From the IMG/VR virus record IMGVR_UViG_3300025073_000006: a stretch of DNA of 64,000 nt; one strand, written 5' to 3'. A model generated the notes under the pieces. That model saw nothing but the letters and a program-made list of their open reading frames with translations. It did no database searches and had not been told where the DNA came from. This stretch comes from a virus. Made by a program: the position numbers and the translations under genes. Of the stretch, positions 8,392-16,600 are shown one piece after another; position 1 is the first letter of the stretch, and each line of letters begins with the position of its first letter.

Positions 8392-8646
8392 TCAGTCCTC
8401 GTCCTCGTCGGACGCGCAGGGTATCGGCCGGGTCGGTCCGGGCGGCGTGCGCTCGGCGCGTAGCTCGGCCGAGGTGGGCGCCCGGTTCGGCGTCGGGAAG
8501 TTCCTCGCACCGTAGGCGACCGTGGCGCCCGTGGCGACCATCGCGAGCGCCATCGCCCCCTCACCCACGGCCTCGGGCGGCCACAGGAGCGGCAGCAGGT
8601 AGATGGCGACGACGCCGACGAGCCCGAGGAGGACGGTGCGGCTCAC
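8392..8646 (-). CDS. Holin-like small membrane protein
   Basis: 84 aa with two hydrophobic segments (VLLGLVGVVAIYLLPLLW, GAMALAMVATGATVAYGA) and a charged C-terminal tail. GTGA overlap with the upstream gene. Confidence 0.55.
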   Translation of the reverse strand: MSRTVLLGLVGVVAIYLLPLLWPPEAVGEGAMALAMVATGATVAYGARNFPTPNRAPTSAELRAERTPPGPTRPIPCASDEDED

Positions 8647-9125
8647 GGGTGCACCCTCGTCGCCCAGGCCGCCGGGTCGCGATCGATCAGGATGGTCACC
8701 TCGTGGCCCCCGGCCTCAAGCACGGCGATCTGCTCGTAGAGCCAGGTGCAGGCCGCCCGGGACTTCCTCACCGTCATCGCGTCCATGTTGCGGAGGAGGC
8801 CCGGCACGATGCAGCCCGAGGTATCCGCCTCGTCGTTTCCGGAATGAATCCGCACACCTCTGAAGCCTGGCACGCCGAGCAGCACGGGCATCAGGCGCCC
8901 GTACTTGGGGCTGTGCGTGGTCTTCACGGCGTACATGCCCGCCGGAATCGCCGTCTCGTGCGCCACCTTGATCGCCAGCACCTCGGCCGGGGTCATGTCG
9001 GCGTCGAGGCCTCGGTCCTCGTCCTCGACGGTGAAGCCGAAGTCCAGGCCCTGCCACCGGAGCGTCCCGAGCGTGGCCTCGGCGCCGAACACGTCGCGGG
9101 TGAGGTGGAGGGTGGGTGCGGTCAC
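8643..9125 (-). CDS. DUF5675-like phage protein (candidate cell-wall enzyme)
   Basis: Matches my recollection of the DUF5675 pattern: TLGTL...F.FTVEDEDRGL.......K..ETAIPAGMY.V....SPKYGRLMPVLLGVPGFRGVRIHSGN..ADTSGCI. GTG 9125 overlaps the upstream stop. Confidence 0.7.
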   Translation of the reverse strand: MTAPTLHLTRDVFGAEATLGTLRWQGLDFGFTVEDEDRGLDADMTPAEVLAIKVAHETAIPAGMYAVKTTHSPKYGRLMPVLLGVPGFRGVRIHSGNDEADTSGCIVPGLLRNMDAMTVRKSRAACTWLYEQIAVLEAGGHEVTILIDRDPAAWATRVHP

Positions 9126-9808
9126 GGCAGATAGCCGACCGGCTGCTGCACCTCGAACGTCCACGCCCGGAATTTCACCGTCGCCGCGCCAGCGACGTTC
9201 GTCTTCCGGCCCATCGCCACGAACCCGATCGGCGTCGTCGCCAACCCCCATGAGCCGGTCCTGGCGGTCGTCGCGATCATCACGCCCGCCGAGTTGAGCC
9301 CCCAACCCCGCACCTGCTGGATGGAGTTGGGCCCGTGCTCAAAGGTGACCACGGCGTGCAGCGTGTTGGGGTTCTGGTCGCCGTCGGTGTACGCCGCCTG
9401 GTGGCCCGCCCGCATCAGCGGCCCGCCCGCCGCGTCCCAGCACAGCCCGGCATGGCGCCAGGAGCCGGTGAGCGCGGTCGCGTCGGTGATGCCCATTGCC
9501 AGCCAGAGGTCGGACGTGGCGGGTGGTGCGGTGATGGTTTCGAGGACCATCTGGAGTCCCCATGGTCTCGCCGTGCTGAGTGCGGTTCCGGCGCGATCCC
9601 GGAGCGTGAAGAACCACACGGCTCCGAGCGGCACGGTGTCCGCACCCACCCCACCCAGTAGGGTTACGTCGGTGCTTGCTGCCGTCTCCGCGTCCATCGT
9701 CGCGAGCCCGCTCGGGTCACTTGTCGCGGTGGCGCTGCCGAGTAGCAGCCTGCGACGGAGCCCGGTCGCGTCGTGCGTGTCGGCGATGTTGCGCTGGATG
9801 GAGCCCAT
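9122..9808 (-). CDS. Hypothetical structural/tail-associated protein
   Basis: Track ORF with AGGAAGG upstream of the ATG. Located between the tail-fibre region and the lysis genes. Confidence 0.65.
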   Translation of the reverse strand: MGSIQRNIADTHDATGLRRRLLLGSATATSDPSGLATMDAETAASTDVTLLGGVGADTVPLGAVWFFTLRDRAGTALSTARPWGLQMVLETITAPPATSDLWLAMGITDATALTGSWRHAGLCWDAAGGPLMRAGHQAAYTDGDQNPNTLHAVVTFEHGPNSIQQVRGWGLNSAGVMIATTARTGSWGLATTPIGFVAMGRKTNVAGAATVKFRAWTFEVQQPVGYLP

Positions 9809-9817
9809 GGAACCTTC

Positions 9818-10261
9818 CTATGCGCCGTCGCGGTCGTCGGTCCAGTGGACGCGGATGGTGGTGACGGTCACGGTGCCGGTGTCGACGAGAACGGTGCCGT
9901 AGAGCTTACCCTTCGTGGTTTGCCCGGCCGGGACGCGTGGCTGCGTGTTGACGCTGAGCGTGCCCATCCGCAGCGACGTGTCGGTGAGCCCGGCCGCGAG
10001 GTCGAAGTAGGCAGACGGACCGAAGGCGATGTTGTCGCCGAGCAAGTCCCAGAACAGGATGATCTTCGCCTGCGTCGGCGCGCCCGCCGTGGCATCGAGG
10101 ATCACGTCGACCTGGGTGATCTTCGCCTGCTGGGGGAGTGCGCCGTGCAGGGTGTTGGCGTCGCGAGCCGTGTCCTCGTGGAGGAGCACGAGCTTGGTGA
10201 GCGCGAATGCCTGTTGGACCGCCGTCGGCTGGGTGTCGTTGATGAGCATTCCGGCGTTCAT
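9818..10261 (-). CDS. Hypothetical structural/tail-associated protein
   Basis: ATG 10261 in frame with track ORF 9818..10864, whose 5' part is a shadow of the sulfotransferase gene. Confidence 0.6.
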   Translation of the reverse strand: MNAGMLINDTQPTAVQQAFALTKLVLLHEDTARDANTLHGALPQQAKITQVDVILDATAGAPTQAKIILFWDLLGDNIAFGPSAYFDLAAGLTDTSLRMGTLSVNTQPRVPAGQTTKGKLYGTVLVDTGTVTVTTIRVHWTDDRDGA

Positions 10262-10263
10262 GG

Positions 10264-10926
10264 CTACCTCGACAGAGGGGTAGGGGTGATGAGGCGCTTG
10301 GCCTCGCGCCAGAGGTCGCCGTCGACGCGCTTGACGCGGGCCCGCTCGGCGTTGGTGGGGCGGGGCAGCGTGGGCGCGTCGGCCGGGCGCGCGTTCACCA
10401 GCGGGACCGGCACCAGGCCCATCGCCTCGATGGTGGCGTCGGACGCGTCGACGGGGACCAACTCGTCCACCAGCCAGTCCCCGGCGGCGTTCTGGAAGAA
10501 GTACCGCATCGCGTTCGCCCAGAGCCCCTCGCCCTGGGTCCACCTGAACCGGCGCTTCGGGTGGTTGGCCCAGAGGATGCCAGGCGCGTGGATGAGGCGC
10601 GCGGGGCAGTCGCCGGACAGCCACCCCGCGAGCACGGCCTCGAAGTCCAGGGAGCCACCGCCCCACTCGGCCAGCATCGCCCGCCGCCGGTCGTCGCTCC
10701 GCATGATGTGGAGGTAGAGGGACCGGTACCAGTCCGATGGCGGACGGAGCAGGCCGAACGTCGTCAGGTCCTTGCGCAGGGCCTGCGACGCACTCGTCGC
10801 TGGGGCGTGGGTGGAGGCGTAGAGGGTCCGCGCCCCGGGTGTCGCCAGGAGCATGGCCCGCCACCGAATGCCCGAGGTCTTCGGCATGTGGATGAGCAGG
10901 CGGCCGATGTCGGGGGCGAGGACCAT
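10264..10926 (-). CDS. Sulfotransferase-family protein
   Basis: IHMPKTSG resembles the 5'-phosphosulfate-binding loop (PKTGGT type). RPPSDWYRSLY resembles the 3'-phosphate-binding R.P..R..S.Y motif of PAPS-dependent sulfotransferases. Confidence 0.7.
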   Translation of the reverse strand: MVLAPDIGRLLIHMPKTSGIRWRAMLLATPGARTLYASTHAPATSASQALRKDLTTFGLLRPPSDWYRSLYLHIMRSDDRRRAMLAEWGGGSLDFEAVLAGWLSGDCPARLIHAPGILWANHPKRRFRWTQGEGLWANAMRYFFQNAAGDWLVDELVPVDASDATIEAMGLVPVPLVNARPADAPTLPRPTNAERARVKRVDGDLWREAKRLITPTPLSR

Positions 10927-10927
10927 C

Positions 10928-11299
10928 TCACTCCTCCAGGGCGTCCACCACAGGCCCCTGGCTGTTCAGCACGGTCAGGGTGTCCGGGATGGGGTCGCCG
11001 TTCGATTCACACGGCGCGTCGACCGTGAGGCCGAGGTCATCGTTGCGGTACGTCCGGTGGAAGGTGGTCGTTCCCGTGTCGGCCATCATGACGACGCTCA
11101 CGCCGTCCAGCGTGGCCTCCCATCCGTCCGGCAGCAGAACCGGCGGCCACAGGGCGAGGGTGAGGCCCTGCTCGATCATGGGCGCCAGGCACGAAGCCAC
11201 GCCGTTGACGACCTCCTGCAACCGGACGCCGGACTGAGCAGGGGGGATGCTCCATCGGATACTGGTGCCGTCGCTTTCGATTGTGATTGACCAGCGCAT
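10928..11299 (-). CDS. Hypothetical protein
   Basis: Track ORF with GGAGG upstream of the ATG. Confidence 0.6.
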   Translation of the reverse strand: MRWSITIESDGTSIRWSIPPAQSGVRLQEVVNGVASCLAPMIEQGLTLALWPPVLLPDGWEATLDGVSVVMMADTGTTTFHRTYRNDDLGLTVDAPCESNGDPIPDTLTVLNSQGPVVDALEE

Positions 11300-11318
11300 G
11301 TAGCCTCCGTGGGCGTGA

Positions 11319-11353
11319 GGGCCCGAACCCAGGGTATCCCATGGGCCGGGCCC
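11319..11353 (-). terminator. GC-rich hairpin after the tail-fibre gene
   Basis: GGGCCCG (11319-11325) pairs with CGGGCCC (11347-11353), with an inner CCC/GGG extension. It starts about 10 nt past the stop at 11363. Confidence 0.3.
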
Positions 11354-11362
11354 CCGTCATGG

Positions 11363-13525
11363 CTACACGATGGTGATGTCGCCGGCGGCGATGCAGGCGC
11401 CGGTAACGAGGTAGTGCGTGGAGTCGATGCCCTGGAACCGCACCCAGTCACCCACCGACGCGGTCGCCACGAGGCTGAGCGTGGTGCCAGTCATCGCGGT
11501 GCTGACGTTGTTGACCGAGACGACGCCGTAGAGGTGCGCCGCGCCATCCGAGATGGTGACGGCGTTGCCGCCGGTGTCCAGCGTCATGAACGTGAAGTCC
11601 AGGCCCTGAGCCGGCGTCGGCAGGGTGATGGCGTAGGCGGTCTGCTTGTCGACCGAGAAGACACCACCCGAGTCCGCGGCGGTGAGGGACCGCGTCGTCG
11701 TGATCGCGGCGGCCGTGTCGCTCGTGACGCGCAGCCCCTTGGCGGCCGTGGTCGTCCCGGGCGTGCCGGAACCGGTCGCGGCTCCCGGGGTGAGCGTGAT
11801 GTCGCCACCGTTCGCGTTGCCGCCCGTCCCCGCATCCCCGGCCGCGATGGCGACCGACCCACCCGCGCCGCCAGTCCCGCCCGCGCTGTTCCCACCGACC
11901 GCGCCGACGAGGCTGGCCGCTCCGCCCGCCCCGCCGTTGCCGGTGCCCGCCGAGCACGCCCCGCCAGCCCCGGCGGTCACGGCCGATGCTCCACCGGCCC
12001 CGCCCGCGCCGGCCGTGCCGTCGCTCTGCGCGCCGCCCGCGCCAGCCGTCAGGGAGGTCGCTCCACCAACCCCGCCGTTGTGGGCGCCGGACGACGCCGT
12101 GGCGCCACCGGTCCCGGCGGTGAAGGACACGAGGCCGCCAGCCCCGCCCGCAGCCGACGCACCAACGAAGGACTGCGCGCCACCGTTGCCGGCCGTCGCG
12201 GAGTAGGCGCCACCCGCCCCGCCCGCGCCAGTGCCACCCGAGGACTCACCGCCCGCCCCGAGGGTGACGGTGAGCCCGCCGCCGATGCCACCCGCGCCGG
12301 CGGCGCTGGAGTTCGTCTCGCCGCCGACCCCGCCGGTGACGGTGATCGTGCCGGCGTTCCCGCCCGCGCCGCCCGCGGCGGCGGCGGTCTGCGCGCCGCC
12401 TCGACCGGACGTGACAGCGAGCGCCCCGCCGTTGCCGCCCGCCCCGGTCCCGGCGGTGGACTTGGTCCCGCCCGCGCCCGAGATGAGGGAGGCGTCTCCG
12501 CCGTTGCCGGCGGCCGTCGACGTGAGCCCCGAGGACGCGCCAGCCGCGCCGGCCTGCACCGTCGCGGCGCCGCCCGCCCCGGAGGCGTGGGCACCCGTGC
12601 TGTTGGTCGCGCCACCCGCGCCACCGAGGACCGAGGACGCGCCACCCGCGCCACCGACCTGTCCGGACGCGGCGCCCGTGTTGGCCCCGCCCGCTCCACC
12701 ACGGAGGTAGGAGGCACCACCGGCGCCGCAGGCCACCGCGTTGGCGGCCGAGGCACCGGCACCGGCACCCACGTCGTAGGCGGCGCCGGCCTTGGCCGTC
12801 GTCGGGGTCGCACCCGCGCTCGGGGCGCGCTCGTAATAGTCCACGCCCGCCGTGTCCGTGGCCGCCGCCACCGTGGGCGCGCCACCACCACTGATCCCCA
12901 GGGCGATCACGCCGCCCAGGGCGAGGGCCATGTCGTCGGCCGCGAGGTTGAACCAGCCGGTGTTCTTGTCGGCGAGGAAGCTCAGCGACGGTGCCGCCGC
13001 CGTGCCCGCGCCGGCCTGCACCGTGCCGTCCTTGACGAGGACCGAAGACGCGTCGAGGAGCACGCCCTCGCCAGAGGTGGACTCGTTGACCTGGTCGGCC
13101 TTGATGCCGTCGACGCCGAAGTCGTCACCCGAGGTCGCGTTCGCGACGTAGCCCAGCGCCCGCGTGGTCGTGCCGTCGCTGAAGACCTTACCGCCCTCGC
13201 CCTTGTCGATCTGGGCGATGGTCGAAGCGGCGCTGTTCTTGACGGTGACGGTGTAGGCGCCGCTCGAGATGTTGACGATCGTGCGCTCGCCGTGCCACAG
13301 CGACGGCGCGGGCAGGGTGAGGTCGCGGTCAGCGCCGTTGCAGTCGACGTAGATGATGTCGGCCGCCATCCGGGTGGCCTGGGCGCCGCCGATGGTCAGC
13401 GTGACGGCGCCGGACATCGTGAGCGTCTGGTGGGCGCGCTCGATCACGGCCTCGCCGGACGAGGGGACGCGAAGGTTGAAGCGGCCGTGGGCGATGGCGT
13501 CGGATGCCATGAAACTGGGGCGCAT
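11363..13525 (-). CDS. Tail fibre / receptor-binding protein with long Gly-Ala-rich central repeat region
   Basis: ATG 13525 follows GGAG (the track ORF extends to GTG 13582). Non-repetitive N-terminal domain, about 330 aa of GAGG/GGAGG-type repeats, and a distinct C-terminal domain. Follows the ejection-protein genes. Confidence 0.8.
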   Translation of the reverse strand: MRPSFMASDAIAHGRFNLRVPSSGEAVIERAHQTLTMSGAVTLTIGGAQATRMAADIIYVDCNGADRDLTLPAPSLWHGERTIVNISSGAYTVTVKNSAASTIAQIDKGEGGKVFSDGTTTRALGYVANATSGDDFGVDGIKADQVNESTSGEGVLLDASSVLVKDGTVQAGAGTAAAPSLSFLADKNTGWFNLAADDMALALGGVIALGISGGGAPTVAAATDTAGVDYYERAPSAGATPTTAKAGAAYDVGAGAGASAANAVACGAGGASYLRGGAGGANTGAASGQVGGAGGASSVLGGAGGATNSTGAHASGAGGAATVQAGAAGASSGLTSTAAGNGGDASLISGAGGTKSTAGTGAGGNGGALAVTSGRGGAQTAAAAGGAGGNAGTITVTGGVGGETNSSAAGAGGIGGGLTVTLGAGGESSGGTGAGGAGGAYSATAGNGGAQSFVGASAAGGAGGLVSFTAGTGGATASSGAHNGGVGGATSLTAGAGGAQSDGTAGAGGAGGASAVTAGAGGACSAGTGNGGAGGAASLVGAVGGNSAGGTGGAGGSVAIAAGDAGTGGNANGGDITLTPGAATGSGTPGTTTAAKGLRVTSDTAAAITTTRSLTAADSGGVFSVDKQTAYAITLPTPAQGLDFTFMTLDTGGNAVTISDGAAHLYGVVSVNNVSTAMTGTTLSLVATASVGDWVRFQGIDSTHYLVTGACIAAGDITIV

Positions 13526-13629
13526 GTTGGGCTCCGGGCAGAACGAGGGAGAGGCAGCGTGCGGGCACACGCGGCCCGCCACGCACTACGAATACCACGA
13601 CTACCGAGAATCGACGTGATACCGCGCGG

Positions 13630-16600
13630 TTACGGGTTATCGGCGCGCTTCAGTTCCCGCTTGTCGGCGCCCGCCTTCCCCGCCGCCCGCTGCGTGTCGC
13701 GGCGGCGAAGTTCCTGGGCTGTGTCGACGAGGATCGGCTTGGCGATGAAGAAGCCCACGAGTTCGTCGCCGGGGGTGCGGCCGACGCGTGGACCCTCCAA
13801 CGTCTCCCGGATGTAGGGGTGCGTCTTCCCGGGCGTCAACCCCAGCGCCTCGCGGGTCGCCAGCGTGCCCCGCACCAGGCGCTCGACGGGGCCGTGGTCG
13901 AAGGAGCGATCCAGCGCCTGCATCGTGGAGATTCCGCGCCCCATCCCAGGCAGGGCGTGGCCGAGGTTCTGAATCCCCCACCACCGCAGCTCGTTCCCTT
14001 GCCCCACGACCCAGCGGTAGGGGATGTCAACGTCGTACCGCTTCGCCGGGTCGGGTTCATCCACGGGCCGCACGCCCAGGAAGTCGTCGACGATCAGGCC
14101 GCCCGTGAGCGCGCGGTCCAGAGCGATGAACCAGGGCGGCACCGTGTTGAAGTTGCCGCTGTCGATGTTGTAGGAGGTCGACGGATCTACACGGGTCGCG
14201 GACACGATGGGAGCCTGCCACCAGGGCGGAAGCCGGTTGGCGACCCTCGCGGCCGCTTTGGGATCGTCGAAGGCCGACAGCGCCCAGGAGATGATCTCGC
14301 CCCACAGCGTGAAGCCATCGACCGCGGGCTGTTGGCGCGTCACGAACGCGAGGCCCAGGCGGCGCAGGGGGTCGGCCTCGACATCGACGCCGCGCACGTC
14401 CACCCGCACGCCGTCCTCGATGAAGCGGCGGTAGGCCACCATGAGCTGCCGCTCGTAGTTTTCGGGCCTGACGATCCGGTACTCGTCCTCCAGGTAGAGC
14501 TGCTGCATGTCGCGGATGAGCCGCACCTGACCCGCGACCCTGGACGGGTGGTTGAGCAGGGTCCACCAGAACAGGGTCTGGTTGGCGCGCTCGTAGGCGT
14601 AGAACAGGCTCACCTGCCGCATGACGCGCTGTTCGAAGTCGGTCATGTTGCCGTAGTCGTAGAGCGCCATGCGGGCGGCGGCAGCGGCTTCGGCCGGATC
14701 CGCGCCCTTGGCGAGGTGGTCGAAGAAGACGTGCAGGCGGCCGTAGTTGTCGATCGCGGTGTAGGCGCTGACGAGTTGCTCCTGCCACCACTCGAAGGGG
14801 AGCAGGACGTTCTCGATCCACGTCCTGTGCTCGCGCCGGATGTCGTCGGTGAGCGCGCGGGCGGACTCGGCGTGAACGAACGAGGAGTTGAGGCCGTAGC
14901 TACGTGCCATCTGTCGGAGCTGCTCGGCCGAGTAGACCCTGCCGTCCTTGGTCACCAGGACGCCCCGGCCCTCGATGGCCCGCTGTTCGCCCCAGAGCCC
15001 GATGAACACGTCCTTGACGAGCTTCTGCCTGGCCGGGTTGACCTGGGCACCGAAGACGGCGCGCAACCCGTCGCGCTGGAACCACTGCCACTGCCCGTCC
15101 AGTATGTTGCCGATGTAGCTGAAGACGTTCGGCACCAGGATACCGACGACCATGCCGACCTTGATCCGGCTGAACAGCTTAGGCACGGCGTCGAAGACGA
15201 CAAGCAGTGCGTTCTCGGCGTGAAGTGCTGCACGCGAACCCACCGCCGCACCGGGGGCGGGCTCACGAAGGGGGGCGATGGTCCCGACCACCTGGCCGGA
15301 CCTGCGCGCGGTGCCGACCGTAGCCGCCTCGTCGAGCGCCAGCTTGATCTGCTCCTGGAACATCTGCGGGACCATGATGCGGCGCCCGTCGAGGTCCATG
15401 GCCGTCCACAGCCCCTCGCCGCGCTTCCATCCCCAGCGGTCCATGAGGTCGTCGGCGTAGAGCAGCGCCGCCATGTCGGGGTGGCCGTGGAACGCGCCGG
15501 GCGGGCCAGCCAGCCGCCGCCTGTCGACGGTCGGCAGATCCTGGTGAGGGGCAGGCGGACCACGGCGGACCACGCTGCCCGTGTACTGGTCGAGCGCGGT
15601 GCTGTCGTTCCAGGCCACGCGGGCGTTGAGGGCCGCCACCACATGGTCGTAGAAGCGGTCACGCAGAGGCAGGCCGACGTCCACGTCCCGGCCGCGCTCC
15701 GGGCCGAGCAGGCCGTACTCGGCAAGTTCGTCGGCCATGCGCCCCAGGATGTCGTGGGCGCGCATCCGGACGATGGCCTCGGCGAGGGCGACGTTCGGGT
15801 CCATCTTGAACGTCCGCCGCCCCTGAACGGCGTCCTTGATGCGGCGCCAGAGTGACTTGTCCGCGAGCCCGGTCGCGCGTCCCATGCCGGCCATGATGTC
15901 GAACAGCGTGGGCGGGCGGTTGGGGAGCGGCACCTGGGGCCCGTGCTCGGGCAGCCAGCGGCCCTCATAGAAGGCCTTGTAGAGCGCGACCCGGTCGTAC
16001 CACTGGAGGGTCGCCAGGATGTTGGCTTCGCTCGACCCGGTGAGGATGATGGCGATCTCGTTGGCGCGCAGCTCGACGACGCGGACACGGTCACCCAGGC
16101 CCACGGCGATGCGGCTGACGGCGTCCTCCACGTCGAGCAGCTCGGCCGGCGCGAGGTTGACTGCCGTGCGCCCGCGGTAACTGTCGAGGATGCGGAGCGC
16201 TGCCTCTTCCTCGGGTGACAGGCCGTGACGCCAGGAGTCAAGGGCATCCTGGAGGGCCACGAGGCGGACGGGGTTGAGGATGGCGTCGACGTTCGGCGCG
16301 TCCCCCGATAGGGCCTGGTGTTGGGCAAACAGGATGTCGACGATCCCAACGTCGTGCCCGTTCCGGGCGACGGGCGGGGTGAGCTCGTTCGCGACGCCGC
16401 GCAGGCTCTCCATGATGGAGCCGACGTCCTTGAAGCCCATGCGGCTGTACCAGGGCCGCATGGCACGCTGTGCCCGCACCCCGTTGCGGACCCAGTCCTG
16501 GGCGCCGCCGAGCTCGCGCGAATGCCGCTCGACGATGTCCTGGACATGGGGGTCCGGGTAGCCGGCCATCGGGCGCTCGACGATGAACGCCTTCGTGAGC

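Noticed and set aside
11309-13816. An 835-aa plus-strand ORF opposite the tail-fibre gene.
   Set aside because: Arg/Gly/Ala/Asp-dominated and almost Lys-free, which is typical of a shadow frame in GC-rich repeat DNA. The minus-strand product has a coherent domain structure.
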